Shown here in pieces: positions 36,614-45,916 of a DNA stretch of 61,090 bases (positions are counted from its first letter, which is position 1; each line of letters opens with the position of its first letter). The position numbers and the translations under genes were made by a program. The stretch is from a bacterium (lineage in GTDB: Bacteria > Patescibacteriota > WWE3 > 2-01-FULL-39-13 > JAACPI01). The notes beneath the pieces were generated by a model that ran no database searches, was not told the DNA's origin, and worked only from the letters and a program-made list of their open reading frames with translations. The stretch lies in contig JAACPI010000004.1 in the NCBI GenBank assembly GCA_009995545.1, positions 1-61,090 on the forward strand, read 5' to 3'.

Positions 36614-36619
36614 TTTAAA

Positions 36620-36964
36620 GTGAAAAATAATATTTTATTAAAAATTAAGAGCACTGGTAGAGAGGACAAAGAGTTAATTGTAAAGTACGGTACAGCTACG
36701 TACAAAAAGAATTTTTCCGGGGATTTTTTGTCTAACTTACAGTTAGTTCTTAGAGAAAAAGGGTTAAAAATTGCGGATGTTAGTAATATTTTACCTTTAA
36801 AGTCGGATAGCTTTACTGGGTTTAGAGAATCTGTAGTTATTGCTAATATTTTTAATGGTATTTATAAAAAAGTTCCTTTAAATAAGCTTGTGCTAGCCAA
36901 ATATCACAAAGAACCAAATATAAATATACGAACTAAAACTGCATCCCCAAAGCCTCTAAATTAG
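36620..36964 (+). CDS. Hypothetical 114-aa protein
   Basis: An ORF with a promoter-like box and no recognisable motif. Its 3' end overlaps the pgk 3' end by 32 nt. Confidence 0.4.
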   Translation: MKNNILLKIKSTGREDKELIVKYGTATYKKNFSGDFLSNLQLVLREKGLKIADVSNILPLKSDSFTGFRESVVIANIFNGIYKKVPLNKLVLAKYHKEPNINIRTKTASPKPLN

Positions 36965-37991
36965 TTTTTTTGTTTGCTAAAAAACTGAACATAGCACCTC
37001 CTCCGGTGGACACAAACGTATAGTTTTTAAAATTTCCAAACTTTTCTACCGCAGAAATAGTGTCACCTCCTCCAATTATTTTTAATGCCCGGGTATTACT
37101 TTCTATTGCTTCAATTAATTTGACCGTGGATTTTTGATAAAGTTCCGACTCAAATTTTCCTAGAGGCCCGTTCCATATAATTGTTGTTGCAGAAGAAACC
37201 CTAGAAGTAATTTGTTTTGTCGATTCTTCTGATATATCCAAACCACTGGGTAAAAGGTTTGCTAAGTAAGATCTGCCTTGCAAACTAGCACTAAGTTCCG
37301 GGGAGTTCATAATCTCTTTAGGCATAAGACCCCCTATTAAAAATAAATCAAAGTGAGACATTATATCTTGCATGAGGGGTATTTTAGTTTCAGCCTTGGC
37401 TCCCCCGAGCACAAAATAAGCTGGCCGTTCGAATCTCCCTATTCTAATTTTTGATAAATGACTTATTTCGTTTAAATAATTTTCGCCTGCAGCTACTTTG
37501 CCTATAACTTTGGGAAAAAAATAATTTGAGGCTTCTTTTCTATGACTCATGGCAAAGGCCTCATCTACAAAGTATTCGAATTGTTTTGTAACTTTGCTTA
37601 TTTCTTTTGCCTCTTCCGGGTTGTTTTTTAAGTAATCTAGCTCTGACCAAGAAAAAAATCTAATATTTTCAAATATAACTATTTTATTTTGGTCTATACT
37701 AATTTTTAGGTTGTTTAGTTCGTTTTCAAAATATATATTTTCACCTAATAAATACTTAAGTTTGGGGATTATATTTTTGGTACTTAAAGACTCTTCTTTT
37801 TTAGTAGGCCTTCCCAACTTAGTTAAAATTAAGATCTTATTGTTGTTTTTAAGAAGTGTAGAGATTGTGGGTATACATCGTTTAATTCTATAGTCACTAG
37901 ATATGTTTAGATTAATGTCTAAAGGTACATCAAAGTCACAACATACCACTACCTTGGAGTTAATGATTTCGGAGAGTGAGCAGTATTCCAT
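36933..37991 (-). CDS. pgk: Phosphoglycerate kinase (short form, 352 aa)
   Basis: TKLGRPTKKE (the SHLGRP equivalent), GGAKAETKI, WNGPLGKFE and GGGDTISAV ... STGGGA motifs. Confidence 0.85.
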   Translation of the reverse strand: MEYCSLSEIINSKVVVCCDFDVPLDINLNISSDYRIKRCIPTISTLLKNNNKILILTKLGRPTKKEESLSTKNIIPKLKYLLGENIYFENELNNLKISIDQNKIVIFENIRFFSWSELDYLKNNPEEAKEISKVTKQFEYFVDEAFAMSHRKEASNYFFPKVIGKVAAGENYLNEISHLSKIRIGRFERPAYFVLGGAKAETKIPLMQDIMSHFDLFLIGGLMPKEIMNSPELSASLQGRSYLANLLPSGLDISEESTKQITSRVSSATTIIWNGPLGKFESELYQKSTVKLIEAIESNTRALKIIGGGDTISAVEKFGNFKNYTFVSTGGGAMFSFLANKKTNLEALGMQF

Positions 37992-38106
37992 TTGTTAATT
38001 ATACCTAAACTATTTTCTAGTAAAACTAAGTGAATAATAATTGTTCTTTCTTCTAACCAATTAACTGTATATATTATATAATAGTTAACAAGTAAGCCCT
38101 TAAAAT

Positions 38107-38967
38107 ATGCCCCATAGACTTTTTAAGCCAAGACATAAACAAAGATCCCATGCTACCTCTTCGTGGGCTCTGTTATTTTCTAATCTTTTAGTTTTATCTC
38201 TTTTGCTTCTTAGGCATTTACCTGTAAATAAAGAAGGGGCCAAGATCTTAGGTTTTGCTACTAATGTTAAATTAGTGGATTTATTTGATCAGACTAATTT
38301 AGAAAGAGATCAACTGGGGCTAAAAAAACTTAAATACAACTTAGTACTAGAAGACATAGCCAAGCAAAAAGCTGCGGATATGTTTAACGACAATTACTGG
38401 GCACACGTGGCCCCCGATGGCAGAACGCCCTGGGATTTTTTTCAGGAATCAAACTATAAATACTTATATGCCGGAGAAAATTTAGCTAAAGACTTTGATA
38501 AGACTCCAAACTTAATTCAGGCCTGGATGAATTCTCCAACACATCGAGAAAACATTGTAAATCCAAATTACACAGAAATAGGTTTTGCAGTAGTTAATGG
38601 GAAATTAGATGGTGAAGAAACAACCTTAGTAGTTCAAGAATTTGCAAAACCAGAACCGGGTTTTATAACTAGTACTCTAGAGGAACCGGTAGGGACCTTA
38701 GGTATTAATCAGGTTACCGTAGAAGAAACTCCTACAGTTAACTATTTAAGTTCCAGTAGTAAGTCTTTTGTGTCGGTAAATATTTTATATATTATGTATT
38801 TTTCCTATTTTGTCTTGGGATTCTTTGCCATGTCGCTTCTTATTGATGGGGTTTGGGCATATAAAGAAGGTCACTTAAGAGTAACGGGTAACACAGTTTC
38901 TCATATCATTCTTTTTGTAGCTTCTATTGTATTTATTTTCTATCTACACCATCCCGAAATCATATGA
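38107..38967 (+). CDS. CAP/SCP/PR1-like domain protein with a C-terminal membrane anchor
   Basis: NYWAHVAPDGRTPWDFF, YAGENLA and WMNSPTHRENIVNPNYTEIGFAV (CAP motifs). TM helices occur at the N- and C-termini. Confidence 0.8.
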   Translation: MPHRLFKPRHKQRSHATSSWALLFSNLLVLSLLLLRHLPVNKEGAKILGFATNVKLVDLFDQTNLERDQLGLKKLKYNLVLEDIAKQKAADMFNDNYWAHVAPDGRTPWDFFQESNYKYLYAGENLAKDFDKTPNLIQAWMNSPTHRENIVNPNYTEIGFAVVNGKLDGEETTLVVQEFAKPEPGFITSTLEEPVGTLGINQVTVEETPTVNYLSSSSKSFVSVNILYIMYFSYFVLGFFAMSLLIDGVWAYKEGHLRVTGNTVSHIILFVASIVFIFYLHHPEII

Positions 38968-39215
38968 ACAATCTAAAAGGTTATCTAGCACACAACATAA
39001 TTCTTGTAATTTGGTTTATGATAATCGGGGCAGCTTACTTTTACAGCTCAGTTGCTTTTTATAAACATTTAATAATTTTGGGAGGCATACTAGGATTTTT
39101 TGGAATTAATTTTTATTACCAGCAAACCCGGGCAAGATTAAGTATAAACGTACTTTTAGAGTATTTTTTAGTAGGAAGTTTGGTTTACTTGCTGTATTTG
39201 GTAATTGCACTTTAA
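38964..39215 (+). CDS. Small membrane protein (83 aa, 3 TM)
   Basis: A hydrophobic ORF whose start overlaps the upstream TGA stop (ATGA). Confidence 0.4.
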   Translation: MNNLKGYLAHNIILVIWFMIIGAAYFYSSVAFYKHLIILGGILGFFGINFYYQQTRARLSINVLLEYFLVGSLVYLLYLVIAL

Positions 39216-39545
39216 ATGAAGAGAATAATTTTATTCTCTTTGTCTCTATTTTTGTTTAGCGTTTTAAAGCCAGATTATATCCACTCTCAAGACAAAGACG
39301 GGATAAACAAAATTATTCAACAAAATCTTGAAGATAGTACATCAGATTTTATAAAGAGTACGGGCGAAGATTTACAGGAATACGTACAAGAAGAAGTTAG
39401 CAACAAGACTATAGAATTAACTGAACAGGTTTATTCTCCTAAGTTTATAGATTCTGTTAAAAGTACTTTTTGGTATTGGTGGGGACAGCTATTAACATTT
39501 ATCCAACAAAAAGTCTCTGAATTTGGTAAGTATTACTCTAGGTAG
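39216..39545 (+). CDS. Small secreted or anchored protein (109 aa)
   Basis: An N-terminal signal-like segment (IILFSLSLFLFSVL) in an ORF directly abutting the previous stop. Confidence 0.4.
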   Translation: MKRIILFSLSLFLFSVLKPDYIHSQDKDGINKIIQQNLEDSTSDFIKSTGEDLQEYVQEEVSNKTIELTEQVYSPKFIDSVKSTFWYWWGQLLTFIQQKVSEFGKYYSR

Positions 39546-39557
39546 TAGAATACCCTT

Positions 39558-40700
39558 ATGCCAAAAAAGATCAAAAAATACGTTTTAATAATACCTACTT
39601 ACAATGAGGCAGAGAATATAGAAAAGACTGTAAATGTAGTTTTAAACTCGTTTCCTAAAGACCCCTTAAAAGAATTTCACGTATTGGTTATTGATGGTAA
39701 TTCTCCAGATGCAACTTCAGGTGTAGTTAGAAAATTGATTAAAATACATTCAAATGTTCACTTGTTAATGGAAAAAGAAAAAAGGGGATTAGGTGCTGCC
39801 TACTTGCAAGCTATGTCTTACTGTTTTGATGAAATGGGAGGTGACTATGTTATTCAGTTTGATGCCGACTTGTCCCACGATCCCGTAATTATAAAATCGA
39901 TGGTTGCGCTTACAGATTCTAAAGCCGAATTTGTAACCGGTACTAGATATAAAAAGGGGGGAAGCATACCCTCAGAATGGGCCTTTCACAGAAAGTTAAT
40001 TTCAATAGGTGGTAACTTGTTAACAAGATTAGTTTTTTACCCCACTAACGTTTCTGACTGGACTAGTGGCTATTCTTTAATTTCGAAAAAGGTTTTTAAA
40101 ACAGTTTATAATAAAGTAAGTTTAGAAAAGGGTTATAACTTTCAAATTTCTCTAAAAAAATCTGCATTAAATAACGGGTTTAAGATTGAAGAAGTTCCAT
40201 ACCATTTTAAAGATAGAGAGATGGGAGATAGTAAACTTGGTCCAGAATATATGTTTAGAGCTTTCTACTTTATACTTAGGACCCGTGCATCCGAAATTTT
40301 AAAATCTCCTTTTTTTAAGGTTTGTTTGGTCGGAGGTATAGGGACTCTTGTACAGCTTAGTGCCTTTGCCTTAATGTTTTCTTACTTAGGATTTAATAAC
40401 TATGTATCTTTGGTTTTAAGTGTTGAGTTAGCAATTATTAGCAATTATATTCTTAACAATAACTTTAGTTTTAAATCTAACAAAATTGAAGGCTCAAAAG
40501 CTGCTTCACTTTTTTCATTTGCTAAATTTAATTTAATAAGTTGTGGGTCTTTGGGCATACAAGCCTTAAGCCAGTATATTGGGTCTGTTTTCTTCGGTTT
40601 TTCCGATATCACAGTTTACACATTTTTAATTGTAGGTATTCTATTAGGGTTAGTTTCTAATTTTTATTTTTATAAGACACTTGTATGGAAAGTAAAGTAG
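39558..40700 (+). CDS. GT2 polyprenol-phosphate glycosyltransferase (Dpm1-like) fused to a GtrA-like membrane domain
   Basis: IIPTYNEAENI, VIDGNSPD and QFDADLSHDP (DxD) form the GT2 part. The C-terminal FKVCLVGGIGTLVQL...AIISNYILNNNFSFK forms the GtrA part. Confidence 0.85.
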   Translation: MPKKIKKYVLIIPTYNEAENIEKTVNVVLNSFPKDPLKEFHVLVIDGNSPDATSGVVRKLIKIHSNVHLLMEKEKRGLGAAYLQAMSYCFDEMGGDYVIQFDADLSHDPVIIKSMVALTDSKAEFVTGTRYKKGGSIPSEWAFHRKLISIGGNLLTRLVFYPTNVSDWTSGYSLISKKVFKTVYNKVSLEKGYNFQISLKKSALNNGFKIEEVPYHFKDREMGDSKLGPEYMFRAFYFILRTRASEILKSPFFKVCLVGGIGTLVQLSAFALMFSYLGFNNYVSLVLSVELAIISNYILNNNFSFKSNKIEGSKAASLFSFAKFNLISCGSLGIQALSQYIGSVFFGFSDITVYTFLIVGILLGLVSNFYFYKTLVWKVK

Positions 40701-41467
40701 TAGCAAAAAAACTTCCAAGACCCTACATTTCAATAGTTATTCCAGCATTTAATGAAGAAAAAAGTATTTTAAGTACTCTAAAAAAAGTAGAGGCCTTTCT
40801 TATTAATAATAAAAAAAGTTACGAGGTTTTGGTTATGGATGACGGAAGTGTAGATGCTACAGTATCTATAGCAAAAACCTTTTCAGATACAAATTCTAAA
40901 ATAAAGATTTTTCCACTTGTTCACAAAGGCAAAGCCAATGCAGTTATTCAGGGTCTAAGGAAAGCCAATGGAAAGTATATTTTATTTTCAGATGCAGACC
41001 TTGCAACACCTATTGAGGAGTTGAAAAAGCTTTTACACTATATTACTGACCAAAAATACGATATTAGTATCGGAAGTCGCGAAGGTGTTGGTGCTGTGAG
41101 AAAAGACGAACCCTTTTATAGACACTTAATGGGCAGAGTGTTTAACTACTTAGTTCAAATAATACTTATTAAGGGTATTAACGATACGCAATGTGGTTTT
41201 AAGCTTTTTACTAACGAAAGTGCTAAAGCCATAATTAAAAAGATGAGGCTTTATTCTAACGCACCAGAAATAACAGTGGCTAAGGTAACTGCCTTTGATA
41301 CAGAAATACTTTTTTTAGCTAAAAAGCTTGGTTATAGAGTTAAATCTGTGGCTGTAGAGTGGCAGTATGTTGAAACAAACCGTGTGAGTGCTTGGAGAGA
41401 CTCTCTTCAGAATTTTTTTGATGTATTAAAAGTTTGGTATAACGACAAAAAGGGTTTATATAAATAA
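40685..41467 (+). CDS. GT2 glycosyltransferase (dolichyl-phosphate beta-glucosyltransferase-like, soluble)
   Basis: SIVIPAFNEEKSI, VMDDGSVD, FSDADLATP and DTQCGFKLF motifs. Confidence 0.85.
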   Translation: MESKVVAKKLPRPYISIVIPAFNEEKSILSTLKKVEAFLINNKKSYEVLVMDDGSVDATVSIAKTFSDTNSKIKIFPLVHKGKANAVIQGLRKANGKYILFSDADLATPIEELKKLLHYITDQKYDISIGSREGVGAVRKDEPFYRHLMGRVFNYLVQIILIKGINDTQCGFKLFTNESAKAIIKKMRLYSNAPEITVAKVTAFDTEILFLAKKLGYRVKSVAVEWQYVETNRVSAWRDSLQNFFDVLKVWYNDKKGLYK

Positions 41468-41512
41468 CTTATATGCTTGGAATCTTAAAAATATTAAATT
41501 AAAACAAATATT

Positions 41513-42835
41513 ATGAAGGTAACAATAATTGGAACAGGCTATGTCGGTTTAGTAAGTGGTGCAGTTTTTGCTGATTGGGGTCACGAGGTAGTGTGTTTAG
41601 ATATTGACGCAAAAAAGGTAGAAAATATCAAAAAGGGCATAATGCCTATTTATGAGGAAGGTTTAGAGGAACTTGTAGATAAGGTACAAAATAAAGATAA
41701 AAGGTTTGAGGTTACTACTGATTACAAAGGAGCTGTTGAACATGGGGAAGTTATTTTTATTTGCGTTGGAACACCTGGAAATCAATCTGGTGCTGCCGAT
41801 TTAAGCTATGTAGATCAAGCAGCTCAAAGTATTGGTAAGAACATTCCAGAAGGAGATTACAAAGTGGTTGTTACCAAAAGTACTGTTCCCGTGGGTACCC
41901 ACAATCGAGTTAAGGAAAATGTTAAAAAGGGGTCAGAAGGTAAAAAAATTAGTTTTGATGTTGCAAGTTGTCCCGAATTTTTAAGGGAGGGGACATCCAT
42001 TTACGATGCTAATAACAGTGAAAGAACGGTTATAGGAAGTAATAGCGAAAAAGCACTGGATATTTTATCCGGTGTCTACGCTACTTTAAAATCACCCATT
42101 GTTAGAACTGACGTAGCTAGTGCAGAGCTTATTAAATACGCTGCTAATGCATTTTTAGCCACAAAAATAAGCTTTATTAATGAAATGTCACAAATTTGTG
42201 AAAGAACTGGGGCTGACGTTGTTAGTGTGGCTAAAGGTATGGGTTTAGATAGTAGGATTGGTCCTAAGTTTTTAAATGCAGGTATAGGTTATGGTGGAAG
42301 TTGTTTTCCTAAAGATGTAGAAGCCCTGTATAGGACCAGTAGTGAGAACTTTTACGATTTTAGGCTACTTAGAGGTGTGATGGATGCAAACGAAAGGCAA
42401 AAAGACTACTTCTTTGACAAAATTACTAGTAAGTACGGAGCTAATCTTTATGGGCTAACTTTTGGAGTTTTAGGTGCTGCATTTAAAAATGGCACAGACG
42501 ACACTAGAAAATCCGTAGCTATACAAATAATTAGAATGCTTCGAGGACATGGCGCAAAGATGAAGGTTTACGACCCTGCTGCAATGGATAATGCTAAAAG
42601 AGAGCTTGGTAATGAGTACATTACCTATGTAGATTCTTCTGACGAAGTATTTAAAGACTCTGATGCTTTAGTAATTTTAACTGAATGGAAAGAATTTGCA
42701 GAATTAGACTATAAAACCCTTTTACCACAACTAAAAGAAAAAGTAGTTTTTGATGGTCGAAACTTGTTAGATCCTATAAAAATGCAAGAAATGGATGTTG
42801 ATTACTACGCTATTGGTAGATTTTTAGGTAAGTAA
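41513..42835 (+). CDS. ugd: UDP-glucose 6-dehydrogenase
   Basis: IIGTGYVGLVSG (NAD motif), the catalytic GIGYGGSCFPKD Cys motif, and a 440-aa length. Confidence 0.9.
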   Translation: MKVTIIGTGYVGLVSGAVFADWGHEVVCLDIDAKKVENIKKGIMPIYEEGLEELVDKVQNKDKRFEVTTDYKGAVEHGEVIFICVGTPGNQSGAADLSYVDQAAQSIGKNIPEGDYKVVVTKSTVPVGTHNRVKENVKKGSEGKKISFDVASCPEFLREGTSIYDANNSERTVIGSNSEKALDILSGVYATLKSPIVRTDVASAELIKYAANAFLATKISFINEMSQICERTGADVVSVAKGMGLDSRIGPKFLNAGIGYGGSCFPKDVEALYRTSSENFYDFRLLRGVMDANERQKDYFFDKITSKYGANLYGLTFGVLGAAFKNGTDDTRKSVAIQIIRMLRGHGAKMKVYDPAAMDNAKRELGNEYITYVDSSDEVFKDSDALVILTEWKEFAELDYKTLLPQLKEKVVFDGRNLLDPIKMQEMDVDYYAIGRFLGK

Positions 42836-42980
42836 TGAGTTAGTAATAAAAATATGATTTTTATTACTACAGAACCTGAAAACTTTAAGTTTAGTTTAAA
42901 AGAGGATTACGTTAATCTTAAAGAAGAAGAAGCGGCTGTAGAAAAATTCTGGCAAGAAAAGAAAAAATAACTCCTTTCGA

Positions 42981-43946
42981 TTGGCCTTTTATCGAGAGAT
43001 TAATTGTTTTACAAAATTTAAATGTCATTTAACCCTGTTTAATATTAAAATCTTAAGTTCCTTTAAAAAATACACCTATGACGATAATACAAATGCGTAT
43101 GATTTTTATCTTCAAAATAAAGAAAATTTAGAAAAGTTTTATTCTGTAATACCCAAAGAATTTTACACAATGGTAGAGGAGGAGGTTTTATTGGCTTTAA
43201 ATTCTGACCTAGCCTGTAACAAATCTCATTTTGTTAACATAATGCGAAAAGTGGTACACGTTTTAGTAGAAATTCCTGCATTAGCTCAAGAGCTATACGA
43301 CTTGTCTAAAGATAAAAGCTTAAAGCAAGAAAAGTTTTTATCTTCTTTATTACACGACTTAGGTCATTTTCAGCAGTACTTAACTATACAGTCTTTTAAC
43401 AATTTTAAATATGATCATTGTATAGAAGGGGACAAGATTTTTGTATCTAAAATAGCAAAAAAAGAATTGAAAATTGAGTCACATTTAGAAAAAATTATTA
43501 GTTCTGTTATCGTAGAACATGGTTTGACTTTTATAGAATCCCAAGATCCAGAAAAAGTTAAGTGCATTTATTTTCTGCGTGATATAGATAAAATTTCGGC
43601 AATAGAAGCCTGGGATCGAAATCAAAGAAAAGTTATAGAAACAGACAAAAACGGCTGGGGTTTGTTAAAAAAGGGTTATAGCGAAGATGTAGTGCGTATT
43701 TTCCTGTCTTCTTCTCAAATAGATTATAAATATCGTAAAACGACTGCCGATGCAATGATTTGTTATTTAGCATTTATTTTTGACTTTTATTATAAAGAAT
43801 CCCTTCAACTAGTGTTAAAGAATGGTTATCTAAATAACATAATAAATTGTATCCCTCCCTTTTTAGATGAAAAAGATTTGGGTATAATAAGATTAATAAA
43901 GGACCATATTAGGGATTACGCTAGAAAAATTTTAAGTTCCAATTAA
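42981..43946 (+). CDS. HD-domain protein (N-terminus uncertain)
   Basis: SLLHDLGHF (HD motif) plus downstream His/Asp. The track start is a TTG. The reading frame is open back to 42942, and a 38-codon ORF (42854..42970) ends in an A-run just upstream. See the finding. Confidence 0.55.
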   Translation: MAFYREINCFTKFKCHLTLFNIKILSSFKKYTYDDNTNAYDFYLQNKENLEKFYSVIPKEFYTMVEEEVLLALNSDLACNKSHFVNIMRKVVHVLVEIPALAQELYDLSKDKSLKQEKFLSSLLHDLGHFQQYLTIQSFNNFKYDHCIEGDKIFVSKIAKKELKIESHLEKIISSVIVEHGLTFIESQDPEKVKCIYFLRDIDKISAIEAWDRNQRKVIETDKNGWGLLKKGYSEDVVRIFLSSSQIDYKYRKTTADAMICYLAFIFDFYYKESLQLVLKNGYLNNIINCIPPFLDEKDLGIIRLIKDHIRDYARKILSSN

Positions 43947-43949
43947 TAT

Positions 43950-44396
43950 CTGAAACAAGAATGTTTAAGTTGCAATATTGTAAACGGTAAGGTTAAGAGT
44001 CTTTTGGTTTATGAAGACGCCTGTTTTCATGCACATCAAGATTACGGGGTCCCTATTCCGGGCTTTATTGTAATTAGTTCTAAAAGACACTTAAGGTCTA
44101 TGTCTGATTTTAATGAAGAAGAACAAAAAAATTTTGGAATTATTCTCTGTAAGGTAAGAACTGCTATGGAAAAGGCTTTGGATATAAAAACAGTATACAC
44201 AGCCCAAAAAGAAAGAGATAAAGATCCTTTTCATTTTTGGATTTTACCTAGGTACCCCTGGATTTCTGAAATGTTTGGTAATTCTACCGCCTCAATTTCT
44301 AATTCTTTAGACTATGCCAAAGACAAATTAAAGACTGAGGAAAACTTAAAGGCTGTTGTAGCGTCTACGGACAAACTTTATAAATATTTAAATTAG
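43950..44396 (+). CDS. HIT-superfamily-like protein with a degenerate histidine triad; start codon unresolved
   Basis: ECLSCNIVNGKVKSLLVYEDA...GFIVISSKRH...DPFHFWILPRY aligns with HIT proteins (C.FC.I..G....vYEd, GH.lv.pk.H, HxHxHxxPR). The conserved N-terminus lies upstream of the track TTG (44004), and the only in-frame candidate start is CTG 43950. Confidence 0.55.
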   Translation: MKQECLSCNIVNGKVKSLLVYEDACFHAHQDYGVPIPGFIVISSKRHLRSMSDFNEEEQKNFGIILCKVRTAMEKALDIKTVYTAQKERDKDPFHFWILPRYPWISEMFGNSTASISNSLDYAKDKLKTEENLKAVVASTDKLYKYLN

Positions 44397-44397
44397 T

Positions 44398-44751
44398 ATG
44401 GAAATTAAAACTGGTTTTGTTAAAGACTTAGGTAGCGACACTAAAGGGTGGTTTGTGGGCAAATTTATGCCTAAAAATAGTCCTTTTCACTCAGAGGACT
44501 TTGAAGTTAAGTGGGTTGAGCGTAAAAAAGGGGAGGTAAAAGAGAACAAAAATCCACCAGAAAATAACCAAAAAACAGTTTGTATTTTAATTGAGGGCGA
44601 AATGGAATTTAACTTTCCTGACTCCAATCAAACAGTTGTTTTAAAAGATAAAGGGGAGTATCTGTTTTACAGCCCCACACCTATTCACAAAAGCACGGCC
44701 TTAAAAGACAGTACTGTAATTGTACTACGCTGGCCTTCTAAACTTCCTTAA
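44398..44751 (+). CDS. Small cupin-like protein
   Basis: A 117-aa protein with a beta-barrel-like pattern (KTVCILIEGEMEFNFPDSNQTVVLKDKGEYLFYSPTPIHKSTALKDSTVIVLRWPS). Confidence 0.45.
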   Translation: MEIKTGFVKDLGSDTKGWFVGKFMPKNSPFHSEDFEVKWVERKKGEVKENKNPPENNQKTVCILIEGEMEFNFPDSNQTVVLKDKGEYLFYSPTPIHKSTALKDSTVIVLRWPSKLP

Positions 44752-44753
44752 CT

Positions 44754-45746
44754 CTATCTGTGTGGGTATTTATATATCTGGTTATCTAAGTACCAACTTA
44801 CGGTTTTTTTAATACCCTCTTCCAACTCTATACTTGAGGTGTATTTAAGCATTTTTTGTGCTTTTGAAATATCGCCTTTTATATAGTCGCTGGTTAAAGC
44901 CGAATAATCTTTATCTTTAGACCTTACCATTTTTACATTCTTTTTACCCATTTCTTTTGCTATAGCATTAATGACTCTTTCCAAGGTGTAGCCTTTTCCA
45001 CTTGCTATATTTATTGCTTGATATTTAAATCTTTTATTAAAACAGTTTGTAATGTAATTTAGCGCCTCTTCTATATACAAATAATCTCTAACCGTGCCTT
45101 TATCACCATATAAAATTACGGGCCTGTCGTAATAAATTGACTGTAGTGCTCCATATACTATTGTGTGAGGGTTAAGTTCTGGTCCGTAGACACTAAAAAA
45201 TCTTAAACTTATCGCGGGAATATCGTAAAAAGTACTTAGGTATTCCACTACTTTCTCTCCTGCCAAACTGGCTGAACCTACAGGGGATAAAGGATTTAAT
45301 ACAATGTTTTTTTCAGTGTAGATATCTTTTTTTGTTTTTCCATAAACAGACTTTGCGGATCCATAAATATATTTTTTTACACTTAATTTTTTAGCTATCC
45401 CCATAGCTACAGAGTTTCCAACTACCGAGGCTTTTATGTAAAGTGTGTATTCAATTTTTTCTTTCTCCATGTAATAAAAATTTTCGGTAGCAAAATTTAT
45501 AAAAATATCCCAATTTCCTATAGGAATTTTGTTTATAATCTCTGGGTTAGTAATGTCGTCTCTTACAAAAGTAAAATTTTTAAAATTTAAAAGTTTTGTT
45601 ATTCTTCGCATTTTAACCTCAGTACCATAACTTTCGGTTAAGTTGTCTATTCCTACTACAGTGTCGCCTCTTTTGAGCAAACGGTCACATAATGAGTAAC
45701 CAACAAAACCCCCACATCCTGCTAAAATAATTTTTTGATTTTTCAT
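44754..45746 (-). CDS. Extended-SDR NAD-dependent epimerase/dehydratase-like protein lacking the catalytic YxxxK (paralog A)
   Basis: The GCGGFVG Rossmann motif and LRFFSVYGP are conserved. The YxxxK position reads SPVGSASLAGE, with V156 and S160 in place of Tyr and Lys. Confidence 0.8.
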   Translation of the reverse strand: MKNQKIILAGCGGFVGYSLCDRLLKRGDTVVGIDNLTESYGTEVKMRRITKLLNFKNFTFVRDDITNPEIINKIPIGNWDIFINFATENFYYMEKEKIEYTLYIKASVVGNSVAMGIAKKLSVKKYIYGSAKSVYGKTKKDIYTEKNIVLNPLSPVGSASLAGEKVVEYLSTFYDIPAISLRFFSVYGPELNPHTIVYGALQSIYYDRPVILYGDKGTVRDYLYIEEALNYITNCFNKRFKYQAINIASGKGYTLERVINAIAKEMGKKNVKMVRSKDKDYSALTSDYIKGDISKAQKMLKYTSSIELEEGIKKTVSWYLDNQIYKYPHR

Positions 45747-45916
45747 ATTACTTTAAATTTTATCACAGATTAGACGAGTTAATTTGTACCCATAACCCCA
45801 AATTTAGTGGTCATTTTTACGTAATTTCCCCTATCACAAAAGCTTACATTAAACATTGAATACTTCTTGGTTAAATATATCCTATAGCTGTTTACTATTA
45901 ATAATTTTATTTAATT

